Source: Octopus sinensis (lineage: Eukaryota). From it: a DNA stretch of 64,000 nucleotides. Location of the stretch: positions 61,690,001 to 61,754,000 of the forward strand of contig NC_043002.1 in NCBI RefSeq assembly GCF_006345805.1. The letters are read 5' to 3'. Both the position numbers and the translations under genes were made by a program. This document shows, piece after piece, positions 36,497 to 50,677 of this stretch (its first letter is position 1; every line of letters begins with the position of its first letter). The notes beneath the pieces are model-generated. The model saw only the letters and a list, made by a program, of their open reading frames with translations. It made no database searches and was not told the origin of the DNA.

Positions 36497-37927
36497 TCAT
36501 ACTATTTACTTAATGAATACCAAGACGTACATTGGCCAATATTGCAGTGCGCTGCAGATCCTACGTTGCAGTGATAATCACATATTCATCCATGCTGCTC
36601 TAATGTAATCATTTCTCGTTGAATTGATAAATTGATTGTAGTAAATACTATATTTTAATAATCAAAGTCTTTCATACGTTAAATATGAAGGTTAAAACGT
36701 AAAGAGTTTCAAATTATAGATTACGGTCAAGAATTTATGAAGTTTTACAGTGTAAAATTACTGTATTCGATATGGAAAATACAGAATACCTTTTTAATAG
36801 TAAGAAATCCACACTTATAGGACGCTCCCACTTATGGCAGATGTTGTAAATGATAGCTGGGCATTCTCACAATCAAAATACCAATCCGTTAACGTCGTCT
36901 CTTGATATTCTAGTAAAAGTAACGTAATTTACTTCGCATCACAATCCAATTCTGCATCCATATCCTTGCTTGTAGGTGGCCTGACGTTAAATGGGAACAA
37001 TAACTATGCCGTTCTGTGACGTCGTTCGTATAGAATAATTAAGCATACATAGGGAAACTCTAAGTCCTATATTTCTCTGGGATATGGTGAAACTATAACG
37101 AAGAATTGGTATATATTTTTAGCGAGAAAGCTATTCTTATTTAACAAACTATTTAAAACCCCGTCATAAAAATTGACAAAAGTTTTATGGAAAACAAAAT
37201 ATAAATATCAATTTCTTTACTTTGTAACTATCTCAGACACTTTTAGCAGTTGTACTACATTATCACAGAGGAAGGTATTCAATAAATTCACGGAAAATAA
37301 ATTTGTAAATTCTTTGTCTTTTGACAAGGTAAAAGCCAAATGAGTACTCACTCGCGAGACATTATCCAGCCACAGTATTGCACAGGTATTCTGAATGAAA
37401 AGTAACGGATATTTAAGCAATGTCACCTTAATATTTCTTCTGAGGTCGACTAAATGTTAGAGCTACGGCAAAAGAAAGTGACAAAAGAAATGCCAAACTG
37501 AAGAAAGCAAAACATAATTGGGGTCATCTTGTTAGAGTAAGCCTGCCGCAGTCCCAATGTCCCAATGCGAAGGAGTATTAAATTCGAAGACGCTGTTATA
37601 TGCAGGCAGTGGCTCTCAAGTTTAGTTTCTCAGGCGATCCATGACATAAAAAAATGGCTGTTAAAATGTTTGTCTGCCCGTATTTAGCAATATAAAAAAC
37701 AACGACTATATTGTCATTTGAAAGTTCATTTGAACATTGAATTAATATTCTTCTTTTCTAATGCTGTCCCAGGAGTTGCTATGCGGTAAGAAGCTTGTAT
37801 CCCAACAACATGATTCTGCGTTCAATCCCACTGCGTGGCACGTTGGACAACTGTCCTCTACTATAGGCACGGGCCGACCAAAGGCTTGTGAGGTGATTTC
37901 TTAGACCCAAACTAAAGACGCGCGTCG

Positions 37928-38139
<212 letters not shown>

Positions 38140-38145
<6 letters not shown>

Positions 38146-38330
38146 AGAGAATTCACAAAAAAAGTCGAAGACAGATGGTGTAAACAACAAATAAATTTAT
38201 TAGTTTAACGCTCAGGAAGTGAAAAAGTCTTTAACGTTTCGAGCCTAAGCTCTTCCACAGAATCGAACACAGAAAGAAACAGGGAGAGAAAATAAAGAAT
38301 GTGTAGTGGCTAATGATCTATATTGGCAAG
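38140..38330 (-). mobile_element. HHR1/pLTR fragment abutting (TA)n
   Basis: - strand CTGTGGA A GAGC TTAG GCTC GAAAC GT T AAAGAC at 38227-38260. Confidence 0.7.
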
Positions 38331-38829
38331 GATATGTATATATATATATATATACATGTATGTATTTATGTATGTATGTATACGTTTGTGTGTCTGTGTT
38401 TGCCCCCCCCCCAACAGTGTTTGACAACAGATGGTGTGTTTACGTCACGGTAACTTACCAGTTCGGCAAAGGAGGCCGATATGATAAGTAGTAGGCTTAC
38501 AAAGTATAAGTCCTGGGGTCGATTTAGTCGAGAAAATGTGGTGCCCCAGCATGGCTGCAGACAAATGACTGAAGCAAAAAAAGAATTAAAGAATATCATA
38601 CACTCAAACACACACAAATATATATATATAATACATATATATAGAAGAATACGTATGTGTGTATATGTGTGCCTGTGTGTGTGCGTGTTTTATACGTTCA
38701 CACGAGTCTTGATGCCTCACTCAATGTTTTTGTATATGTCCAACGGATATATATCCGTGCATACTATTTCCGTATTATGATGAATGTTAAAATTGTGTTG
38801 TATATAAATGCTTTTCAGTTTTACTTATT

Positions 38830-38853
38830 TATTCATTTATTTTTGTTTTACAG
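38830..38853 (+). promoter_or_regulatory. Splice acceptor upstream of GPCR-2
   Basis: Same TTTATTTTTGTTTTACAG, ending 38853, 22 nt before the ATG at 38876. Confidence 0.6.
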
Positions 38854-38875
38854 CAAACACTTCCATCGGGAGACA

Positions 38876-39754
38876 ATGATTTTAGAGCATGTAATCCAGT
38901 CAATAATACATTTATTCTTCATACTCTTCGGTTCCGTGTTTAATATCTACTGCTTTGTGTCAATTCTGAGAAGCAAAGTTAGGCGATCTAAAATATGGCT
39001 GTACGTTATAACTTTGAACGTAACGGACACCATCGCTATGTACGGCTACAGTATCATAATCGTATGCCATTTGCACGTGATCACCATACTGAATGAAATC
39101 AAAGCCTTATGTAGATTAGTGTTTCTACTAACGGCATTTTCCGGATTTGTTTCAACTTGGGTTTCAGCAACTATTGGTATTGAACGGATATTATGCATTT
39201 TCTTTCCCATCATACACCGCGTATATTGCACTTCATATTTCACAATGACTGTTTTATTTATCATAATTATAATATCTCTGCCATACACAGTGGTCGCCAC
39301 TATTTACATCCGTGATGATGATGTGTGCTTTTTTAAATACAAACACATATTCTATATAGATGTTACACTGCAGGCTATACTGCCCGCTGTGATAATGGGC
39401 TTTTGTAACATTGCCATTATCTACAAACTTTTTCATCGGCCTACTTCTATAGGAACCAATCCGTCATCAAGGCATGCTGTCAAATCGCTTAAGCTCATTT
39501 TGGTCAACAATTTCATATTCGTGACATCAAATATAATCGTGTTACTGCTTTCAGTATTATCAGATGATTATGACTTGATTCAGTCCGATCTGTTTTTATA
39601 TTATTTTCTCGGAACCGTATTAAACCATTTCACTAACGTGTTCTTCTATCACAAAATGGCCTTCCAGTTTAGAACCATGTTTAAATTCGATAAGCGGCTT
39701 AAGAAGAATTTACGGATACCCAGTGCCGATGCTGTAGCTCTATCAGCATATTGA
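38876..39754 (+). CDS. Paralogous 7TM GPCR, 292 aa, intronless CDS
   Basis: About 58 aa differences from GPCR-1 by manual alignment; same motifs (NVTD, IERILCIFFP, NHFTNVFFY); AATAAA at 39805. Confidence 0.9.
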   Translation: MILEHVIQSIIHLFFILFGSVFNIYCFVSILRSKVRRSKIWLYVITLNVTDTIAMYGYSIIIVCHLHVITILNEIKALCRLVFLLTAFSGFVSTWVSATIGIERILCIFFPIIHRVYCTSYFTMTVLFIIIIISLPYTVVATIYIRDDDVCFFKYKHIFYIDVTLQAILPAVIMGFCNIAIIYKLFHRPTSIGTNPSSRHAVKSLKLILVNNFIFVTSNIIVLLLSVLSDDYDLIQSDLFLYYFLGTVLNHFTNVFFYHKMAFQFRTMFKFDKRLKKNLRIPSADAVALSAY

Positions 39755-41829
39755 AAATCTTACTGGAAGCACAATGAAAACCCCGTTTTCAGGAATTATA
39801 ATTGAATAAAAAAAAATTGTGATTACACAATTACATAATTAAAACAACGTTATTTGGTCAGTTGTTGATTAATTGGTGTTGCTTTCCATTCCGTAAAGAA
39901 ACGTGGTGTAACTTTAAACTTTGTGTTTCTAAACTTTTCATAGAATCGGTATCTCAAGAAAATACAGTGGAATCTCTTTACTGTGAAATAATATTTTAAT
40001 GGGTATTATTGAATTTAGAATCTTCTTTCTTCAGATTACAGTGAGACTGATACTAAGAGACATGATAAGATATATATTATCCAGATGCAGAGTCATTCTT
40101 GCTCGATGGTACAATGCATGATAAAAGGAAACATTTCCAGCTAAGCAATTCTTTCCAGAAATGATTTTGAAGAGAAATGCAACTCCCAAATCATCAGAAT
40201 CATACTAAATTACATTTATATAACTTAGCGCTACTCATTGTGTTAATGAAGAAGCTGGTAATATATATAACGATATATTTATATTGCTACGTTGAAGAAT
40301 ACCAAGATGTACATTGGCCAATATTACAGTGCTTTGCTGATACTTCGTCGCTGTGTTAAACAGAGATCAATCCTCTCTGCTCTAAGGTAATCATTTCTTG
40401 TTGAACTATGGAATCGATTAAAGTAAATTCTACATATTATTCATCAAAGTAACTCATATATTAAATATGAACGCTAAAATGCAAAGGATCTCAAATTTTG
40501 TATTATGGTCAACAATTTAGGAAGATTTATAGGACGCTCCCGCTTATGCCAGTTGTAAATTATAGCTGGACAGTCACACAATCACAATACCAATCAGATA
40601 ACGAAGTCTCTTGACATTTCTAGTAAAAATGACGTAATTTACTTTACATCAGAATCCGATGCTGCATACATGTATTTTAGGTGGCCCGATTTTAAACGGG
40701 AACAATAACTATACCTTTATGTGACGTCGTTCGTATAGAATAGTTAAGCTTACATAGGGAAACACCAAGTCTCATATTTCTCTGGAATATGGTGAAATTT
40801 GGTATATATTTTTAGCGAGAAAGCTATTCTTATTTAACAAACAATTTTAAACCCCGTAAAGTTGCTGTACTCGATATGGAAAATACAGAATATCTTTTTA
40901 ATAGTAAGAAACCCACATTTACAGGACGCTCCCACTTATGGCAGATGTTGTAGATTATAGCTGGGCATTCTCACAATTAAAATACCAATCCGTTAACGTC
41001 GTCTTTTGATATTCTAGTAAAAGTAACGTAATTTACTTCGCATCACAATCCAATTCTGCATCCATATCCTTGCTTGTAGGTGGCCTGACGTTAAATGGGA
41101 AAAATAACTGTGCCGTTCTGTGACGTCATTCGTATAGAATAATTAAGCACACATAGGGAAATACCAAGTCTCATATTTCTCTGGAATATGGTGAAACCAT
41201 AACGAAGAATTGGTATATATTTTTAGCGAGAAAGCTATTCTTATTTAACAAACAATTTTAAACCCCGTCATAAAAATTGACAAATGTTGTATGGAAAACA
41301 AAATATAAATATCAATTTCTTTACTTTGTAACTATCTCAGACACTTTCATCAGTTGTACTACATTATCACAGAGGAAGGTATTCAATAAATTCACGAAAC
41401 ATAAATTTGTAAATTCTTTGTCTTTTGACAAGGTAAAAGCCAAATGCACAGGTATTCTGAATGAAAAGTAACGGATATTTAAGCAATGCCACCTTAATAT
41501 TTCTTCTGAGATCGACTAAATGTTAGAACTACGGCAAAAGAAAGTGACAAAAGAAATGCCAAACTGAAAAAAACAAAACATAATTGCGGACAACTTGTTG
41601 GAATAAGTCTATCGCAGTCTCAATGACCCAATGCGAAGGAGTATGAAATTCGCAGACGCTGTTATATGCAGACAGTGGCTCTCAAGTTTAGTTTCTCCGG
41701 CGTTCCATGACATCAAAATGGCGCATATAAACGTTTGTCTGCTCGTATTTAGCTTTATAAAAATCAACGACAATTTAGTTATTTTGTAGTTCATTTGAAC
41801 ATTGGATTACTATTCGTAATTTTTTATAC

Positions 41830-41991
41830 TCTCCCGGGAGTGGCTGTGTGGTAAGAACCTTCTATCCCAACCACATGGTTGCGAGTTCAGTCCTGCTGCG
41901 TTGACCTTGGGTAAATGTCTTCTATCATAGCCTCTGCCCGACCAAATCTTTGTGAGTGGATTTCGTAGACAGAAACAGAAAGAAACCCGTC

Positions 41992-42072
<81 letters not shown>

Positions 42073-42310
42073 GGCGGGTGTTGTGCGTGCATGTGTTTCT
42101 GTCTGTTTTTGTCCCCCCACCATCGCTTCACAACCGATGCTGTTTGTTTCTGTCCCGGTAACTTAGCTATTCGGTAAAGAACCGATAGAATAAGTAGTAG
42201 GCTTACAACGAATAAGACCTGGGGCCGTTTTGGTTGACTACAGGCAGTGCTCCAGCTAGACCGCCGTCAAAATTACTGAAACTAGTAAGAATAACAGAAA
42301 GAATCTAGTC
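41830..42310 (+). mobile_element. SINE family A (head and tail around a microsatellite)
   Basis: Family A head 41830-41990, tail 42100-42300. Confidence 0.8.
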
Positions 42311-42705
42311 AGTGCTACTTTAAAGCTATTTACAGGATTAATGACTCCAATCTATTACAGAAATTGTGGATGATGGTGAGAATTTATGTTTTACCGTATT
42401 AATTTTCCTCGTTTCTCTCATTAGACTATGGCCATGCTGGGGCAGCGCATTGAAAAGTTTCAGTGGAAGGAAACGCACCAATTTCTTCCTTCTTTTACTT
42501 TTAAAAAACTGTTAGCTATTTCATCTTCCACAGTTGCTGAACAAGTAAGCTAGGAAGACGTAAAAAAACTAACACCGTATTTCAAGTGATGGTGGAGGGC
42601 AAAGACAAAGACCAACGCAAACGCACAAGCACACAACAACGCATATGTATAGATATACACATCAGTATATAAGTGTGTGTGTTTATATGTATGTGTTTAT
42701 ATATA

Positions 42706-42789
<84 letters not shown>

Positions 42790-43422
42790 GGCGGGTGTTG
42801 TGCGTGCATGTGTTTCTGTCTGTTTTTGTCCCCCCACCATCGCTTCACAACCGATGCTGTTTGTTTCTGTCCCGGTAACTTAGCTATTCGGTAAAGAACC
42901 GATAGAATAAGTAGTAGGCTTACAACGAATAAGACCTGGGGCCGTTTTGGTTGACTACAGGCAGTGCTCCAGCTAGACCGCCGTCAAAATTACTGAAACT
43001 AGTAAGAATAACAGAAAGAATCTAGTCAGTGCTACTTTAAAGCTATTTACAGGATTAATGACTCCAATCTATTACAGAAATTGTGGATGATGGTGAGAAT
43101 TTATGTTTTACCGTATTAATTTTCCTCGTTTCTCTCATTAGACTATGGCCATGCTGGGGCAGCGCATTGAAAAGTTTCAGTGGAAGGAAACGCACCAATT
43201 TCTTCCTTCTTTTACTTTTAAAAAACTGTTAGCTATTTCATCTTCCACAGTTGCTGAACAAGTAAGCTAGGAAGACGTAAAAAAACTAACACCGTATTTC
43301 AAGTGATGGTGGAGGGCAAAGACAAAGACCAACGCAAACGCACAAGCACACAACAACGCATATGTATAGATATACACATCAGTATATAAGTGTGTGTGTT
43401 TATATGTATGTGTTTATATATA

Positions 43423-43430
<8 letters not shown>
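41995..43430 (+). repeat. Near-identical direct repeat, period 717 bp
   Basis: ORFs at 41956 and 42673 are offset by 717; unique sequence appears identical; boundaries lie in (TA)n. Confidence 0.9.
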
Positions 43431-43476
<46 letters not shown>

Positions 43477-43501
43477 GAAAACTCTTATGAAGGTGCATAT
43501 G

Positions 43502-43541
<40 letters not shown>

Positions 43542-44129
43542 CATACATACATACATACATAACCTGTTTCTTTCAGTTAACGTCTAACAAATCTCCCATG
43601 GCTTTTGCCTGCTAGAGACTATAACAGAAGCAGAAGACTCTTATGAAGGTGCCATTCATTTGGAGTCAATCCGAAACCTTGTGGTTGAGAAGCAAACTTC
43701 CAATAACACATTCGAGCCTGTGACTATATAACTAATTTGCATTAGACTCTGCAGTCATGTCTGCTTCCTTATTGATTAAATAATGGTCGACAAATTTAAT
43801 ACATTTGACAACGATTATTTATGAATGTAGACTTAGAATATAAGTATCGTATCTGATATAAATATTTTATTTCTAAGAAAAATATCAGCAGGTATCTATA
43901 CTCCGCTTAATAGTTTTATCCTTCTGAGAACTCAACGCTATGAAACGGGTGTTAGTATTCAGGTTATGGAGAAGTAATTTAGAAAAGTACCTAATCTATA
44001 TTGGTTTGCTTATGAAATGTCAGATGTAGATTTCGTACACAAGACGATATAATAGCATATTTGCAACTATTGGCCGTTAAAATATGTGGGAGAACAAACT
44101 AGTCTTTATTAAATATTTACAATTCTCCA

Positions 44130-44270
44130 CCGTGGTCGAATCTGCAATTAATCTTTTCGGGGTCGATAAATTAAGCACCAGTTGTGTACTGGGTTCGATC
44201 TAATCGACTGGCCTCCTCACCTCAAAAAATTCAGACACTGTGCCTAGAGTAGAAAAGAATATTTACGAGT
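44130..44270 (+). mobile_element. SINE family B centre/tail fragment
   Basis: CTTTTCGGGGTCGATAAATTAAGCACCAG...ATCTAATCGACTGGCC. Confidence 0.7.
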
Positions 44271-45719
44271 CTGTACATTCTTTGATCACCCACATATCTA
44301 CTTAGCTATATAAATATAGGTTGGTACACACGCATACGCACACACACACACACACACACAAACACGCAAACGCACACACACACACACACACACACACACC
44401 CCACGGGCCTCTTTGGGTTTCTATCTACACAATCCTTTCACAAGCTTTTGTCGGCTCGAGCTACAGCACAAGACACATGCACAAGCGGTAGGACAGAACC
44501 TAGCCACATGAATGGAAAGCAAGCTTTTCGCCACACAACCGCATCATATATACTATATATTTATATGTGTATGTATGTATATGTGTTTGCGCGCGCACGT
44601 TATTAAAGTCGATGATAGCTAGCACACCTGATAGGATAAGCCGAGAACTTTGAAACTACTACCATTACAATCTTAATATTTTGAACTACCTTCTAAAGTA
44701 TTTATTGTGGCCAAAACAGAAGACTAGAGAAACGACTTGAGAGTTTATTAAAATTAATTAAATCTCGAATATATTTTTTCTGGAATTTCTTTGATATTTG
44801 CCAGAACGGTTACCGCTCCGGATATATTAGATATCGATGATAATTGAAAACCGAATATAATACACATGAATGGAAGATAGTCGCATCAATAAATCCGATG
44901 GTTGATTAATTTTCCTCAACGCAGTGATATTACTCTTAGCACCGGAAAATGACAACATCTTAGAACAATACTCTTTAGTAATCAGCAAGCAGTGATCTCT
45001 AACATTGTTACAAATGTAGAATTTAAACTTACACATATTACGTATATAGTACGATTTTTAGAAAAATAAATTACTTTATAGCAAATGCGGTAATCCCTCG
45101 CAATATCTTTTGCTCGTTTCAATCATTAGATTGCGGCCATGCAGGGACAATACCTTCATTATTTAGTCGAATGTATGAATCGACTCTAGTACTTCTTTTA
45201 TTTAAGCCTGGTATTTATTATTTCATGATTTATGCCGATGCAGTAAGTTACGGGGAGGCAAACACACCAACACCAGTTGTCTGGCCGTAGAGGTGGGACA
45301 AGCACACACACGCACACATGTACGATGGTTTTCTTTGAATTTCTCTCTACAACGAAACTAGATATGACTGCATAGAACGCTAAAGGAAGAATGTGAAATG
45401 CTATCTAAGAAATATATATTAATGGTGTGTATGTCATATGTCATATCAAAGAAATTAAGAACATCGAGTAAAATCATGACGTATCCAGGGCGATGAAGAG
45501 ATTGCGGAACATGCATTTGATAATTGTTCCTGACGTGACAGGTATACATGGCGAAACTATAAATACGAAATTCAGATACTTAATCTGGACAGGCAGGAAT
45601 GTCTCAATGCTTTTTCTGCAATCCAACAAAATATTCTTGACATATGAGGAAATTACACGACATACCACAAAATTTTACCTTCATTGATCAAATTACCATG
45701 AAATTGATTCTGCATGAAT

Positions 45720-45773
<54 letters not shown>

Positions 45774-45827
45774 TAATGATGATGATGATAAAAAAAAATA
45801 ATAATAATAAAAATAATAATAATAATA

Positions 45828-46137
45828 AAGCTATAAGGAAGTAAGAAAAGTCGACAGATATGACAGGTTAGTTTGGGAGATTAAGCAGTTGAGGCCGATC
45901 AAAAAGGTGGTAGAAGGACCAATAATTGCCGGAGACCTGGGAACATTGGGTAAAAATCTTGCGAAGTACATGCAAGAAATTGGAGCTGCTATTAGGATGG
46001 AACACTTGCAGAAAACAGCATTGCTTGCAACCGCTCGAATACTCTGGAAGGTGCTCGAAAAATAAGAGGTGTTACCATAGTTCACCGGTAATGAACAGCT
46101 GACAGTACATCTCCCTTGTTTGAAGCTGTACAAAGAC

Positions 46138-46199
<62 letters not shown>

Positions 46200-46563
46200 T
46201 AATGATGATGATGATAAAAAAAAATAATAATAATAAAAATAATAATAATAATAAAGCTATAAGGAAGTAAGAAAAGTCGACAGATATGACAGGTTAGTTT
46301 GGGAGATTAAGCAGTTGAGGCCGATCAAAAAGGTGGTAGAAGGACCAATAATTGCCGGAGACCTGGGAACATTGGGTAAAAATCTTGCGAAGTACATGCA
46401 AGAAATTGGAGCTGCTATTAGGATGGAACACTTGCAGAAAACAGCATTGCTTGCAACCGCTCGAATACTCTGGAAGGTGCTCGAAAAATAAGAGGTGTTA
46501 CCATAGTTCACCGGTAATGAACAGCTGACAGTACATCTCCCTTGTTTGAAGCTGTACAAAGAC
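45828..46563 (+). mobile_element. Two identical R4/Dong 3'-end fragments (426-bp tandem unit) in (TAA)n
   Basis: KVDRYDRLVWEIKQL...LQKTALLATARILWKVLEK plus 3' UTR; copies 45828-46137 and 46254-46563. Confidence 0.85.
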
Positions 46564-46624
<61 letters not shown>

Positions 46625-46625
<1 letters not shown>

Positions 46626-49600
46626 GCCAAAATACATGTCGGATCAGAGGAAATATTAACAATGACAAATAGCAAAAAATGAAAATAATAATATCAGTGA
46701 TGATAATAATAACAGTAATAAATAGAAGCGGATGGAATCTCCCTATACTGCGATTTCTTTTTTATATATCTAGTGATTTTGTCACAATAAAAACACTGGT
46801 AATTGCGCAACCTGATAATCGCTACGCCATATATGTAACAAGGAAAAAAGAAAATACTGTGAATAAAGGTGGTAATCAAACTGAATCCTTTGATGGTGAC
46901 AGTGTTACACCCGGCAGGTTCAGAGATACTGGTCCGATTCCAGCTTGTCGTTATCCAGCAAGAGGCTAGCACACACGGTGTAGATGAAACAAACAAATCA
47001 ATGCTGTGGTCATAGAGGGTTACTGCCTGAGGAATCCTGTAGACGAAAATGGTGTTCATCTTAGGGGATACCGACAAAGTATGTATGATCAATGGAGAGA
47101 AATGATTGTTTCAGCTCACAGAACAGAGATTATATGATCAAGCTAGAACAATGCGAAAAAGTCGTCGGTTCACGGAAGTAGAGCTCGAGGCTATCAAAAG
47201 ACGGGTATTGGAAAACAGCAGTCGAGGTAACGAAAATAGAGTTCCTACTGATAAAGGTATTATCAAAGCAGAAAATAGAGATGAACTTTCTAATAAACCA
47301 CAGGAAAGGAACAGTGATAGCTTCCTCGATGAGAGACATTTAGATGGTTTGGAAGAAAACAATAAAACTAATTGTGACGTGGCAGATGGGCAAAATGCAA
47401 TCTACGACAGAATAAAAGCAAAGCTACAGGAGAATGATGGCGACATTATTTGCAACCTTAAAAAGTTTGATCGGTGGAAATTGAATCAAGAATTCGAAAA
47501 AGGTGAATGAAATTCTGAAAAACATCAGTGGAAAAATGATGAATTCAGGAGGGGGGGTTAGATATACTTTCGAAAGATATTTCTACTTTAGACCGAAAAG
47601 CGAACAAAAATACAGGACACTGATCAGGAAGTATGATATTGAAAGTAAATAATATATGAACAAAGAATGAAGGGATACCAGGACAATAGGTTATTCAGAT
47701 TAGATCAAAAGAGATTCTGAACAGAAATAAATGGAGAGTGTATGGATGAAAAGTTCATATCTGATAATATTAAAAGTAAAAGGTTTTGGAGTGACATGTG
47801 GAGCACAAGAAGGATGCTGAATGATTGCAAGAACTAAAAAAAACAGTAGTCCGTCCAAAACAGGCAGAACTAGTCATTTCAGTAGGGGAAGTTAAGGAAA
47901 TCAGCAAATACATGGGCAACTGAGACCAATTGGAGTTCAAGGCTACTGGGTCAAAACATTAGGCGAATGACATGCATGAATAGCTGCACAACTCAACACC
48001 TTGTTAAATGCCAACCAAGTTACACCAGGTGGTTGACAATGAGTAGGTCAGTGCTGTGCTTGAAAAGCATCGAAAAGGCAATGCGGTCGACAATTTCAGA
48101 CCGATATCCTTCTTGCGATTATGTGGAAATTATTGAGTGGAATAGTCGTAGAGTCAATGTACGGACAGCTGGAGTAAAAGAGATGGAATTCTAAGACGGT
48201 TTCCTCGTTGAATCAGTGTATACTTTCAGTGCTGGTATCAGAATTGAGATTAGACTGAAAAAGTGCGGTGTATTAGTCTTGATGAGAAGCAAAATATAAT
48301 GTATAGATGGGCTACCGATAATGTCAGTCAGGAGAGGTTATGAAGCAGATAGAAGAGACGGATTATAAGTATTAGAGTGTATTCGAAATGAAAAAATTGA
48401 TGGTGAGAGAAATGACAGAAAAATTTATGGTGGGGTACATGCGCAGACTGAAACAGATGCTGAAGTCGAAATTAAACAGACGGAATAAGATTGAAGCTAT
48501 GAAAACCTGGACGGTTTCACTGCTTCGATATGGAACAGGGGTATTCGCATGGACAGTAGACGAACTAAACAGCTTCGACAAAAAGACAAGCAAGTTGCTG
48601 ACTATATATGGAACACTCCACCCCAAAACTGACACAGACACTGTATCTACCAAGAAAAAGAGGGGGAAGAGTACTGATTGTATGCAACTACAGCATTAGA
48701 GCAGAAGAAAGCAACATAGCATGGTATGTCAAAAATGCCACAAAACCATTATTCTCGGAAGTAAGAACGTCGGCCTTACGTAGGATGGAAGATTGCAAAG
48801 TTAAAGCACTGTACAAGCACTTGGGAATGAATGAAACTGAAAATAGCTGAATAACAAAAATAATGCTCGGACAACTTCATAGGGATGTTGAAGATACGAC
48901 AGACAGAGACATAAGATGGTGTATCTAATCTGTCCTGTCCAAGAGCAAGCATTAAGCACAAATTACAACAAATACAGAATATAAACACAGTGATAAGAGC
49001 AGAATTTGTGGACAAAATGATGAAATCGTATGGCATATTACCAATAAATGTACGCCAATAGCCTAGACAGAATATAAGAGACGTCATGACAATATAGAAG
49101 GATTGTTCATTGGAGTCTTTGCAACAAGTATGGACTTGACAGAGCAGAAAAGTTGTACGAACAAAGCAGAAGGCATCATCAAAAATGATAATGCAAAGAT
49201 ACTATGGGATTTTATAAGCCAGCGCGACCATCAGATAGAAAATATGAAGCCAGGCATAGCCTTAATTGAGAAATAAATTAGCCGATACTCGATCATAGAT
49301 ATAGCATACCCAGCTGACAACAAGCTTTGTGATAAGGAACAAAGAAAAGTCGATAGATATGACAGATTTTCTTGGGAGTTTAAGCAGTTATGGTCGCTGA
49401 AAAATGTGGTAGTAGTATTAATAATTATCGGAGCCCTGGGAACAGAATAAAAGTCTTGAGGATAAAAGGAAGAAATAGGCGCTAAAATAAGAAAACACCT
49501 ACAGAAAACAGCACTGGTTGGACCCCTCGAATACGTGGATGGCGCTGGAAAAATGTGGGGTGCAACCTTAGTTCACTAGTAGTGAACAGCAGGTAGTCTA

Positions 49601-49630
49601 GTACATCTCCATTGTTAGAAGCTGTGAAAA
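46625..49630 (+). mobile_element. Long degenerate R4/Dong-clade RLE retrotransposon flanked by (TAA)n
   Basis: TEQRLYDQARTMRK N-terminus, NFRPIS, LLRYGTG, LHPKTDT..LYLPRKRGG, RRHDN, ILWDF, IIDIAYPAD; internal deletions. Confidence 0.85.
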
Positions 49631-49746
49631 AATCAATGAAAAAAAAAAAAATAATAATAATAAGAAGAAGAAGAAGAACAAGAACAACAACAACAGCAAT
49701 AATAATAATAATAATGATAATACTAATAATAATAATAATAATAATA

Positions 49747-49789
<43 letters not shown>

Positions 49790-49791
49790 TG

Positions 49792-50519
49792 ATGGATTGA
49801 GAAGAGGGGAATTGCCGAACGAAAGCATAAGATCTGGAGGGTCAACCATTGCCCTTATCACGAATAAATTCTCTAGACTGTTCCCAAAGCACTACAAGTT
49901 GTAGCGATATGACTACGTAGCGAAAGGTATACATTGGAAACTGTGCGAAAAGTGGGGCTAGAGAGGGGCAAGAAGTGATATGAGCTCAAATCGCAGAGAG
50001 TGACAAACTGGGAGACTAGCAAAATCCCCTGGGAGTTCCCAATCCAAACAGATCAGGTACTAGATCATAACAGACGGGGCCTAGTGGTCGTGGATAAGTT
50101 GCACCACTTATGCTATACAGTTGCACCACATATGCTATATAGTTGCCCTATATATGCTCTATAGTTGCACCACATACGCTATATAGCTGACCAACGACTG
50201 GTCGAGAAGAAAGGCGAAAAGATAGATAAAAACAACCCGATTTGGTACCAAATAGCTCGGCTGTGGAAAATGATGTGCCAATCATTGTTGGGTCCTTGGG
50301 AACAGTATCGTAAGCCAACAAGAGGAATATAAAGGAATTTGGAATAGAGTGCCCAGTAAGAACTGTTACAAAATGCTTGCTTCCTTTCCATAGCCAGAAT
50401 AATCAGGTAAGTAGTAGATAGCTGCAAAGAACGAAGAGCATGGTACCATTGGTTGCAGGAAGTAAGACCGCTACGCATACAAGCTCCAGAAGCTCCAATA
50501 AAACTTTTTATGAAGAGAA

Positions 50520-50520
<1 letters not shown>
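49792..50520 (+). mobile_element. R4/Dong 3' fragment (distinct subfamily) between TAA arrays
   Basis: DYVAKGIHWKLCEKWG, WEFPIQTDQVLDHNR, YHQIARLWKMM; unique 3' UTR. Confidence 0.8.
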
Positions 50521-50587
<67 letters not shown>

Positions 50588-50592
50588 TGATG

Positions 50593-50658
<66 letters not shown>

Positions 50659-50677
50659 GTAATAATAATAATAATAA

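Noticed and set aside
50100-50190. About 20-bp tandem repeat (TATGCTATATAGTTGCACCA-like)
   Set aside because: Local slippage inside a dead Dong fragment; no spacers.
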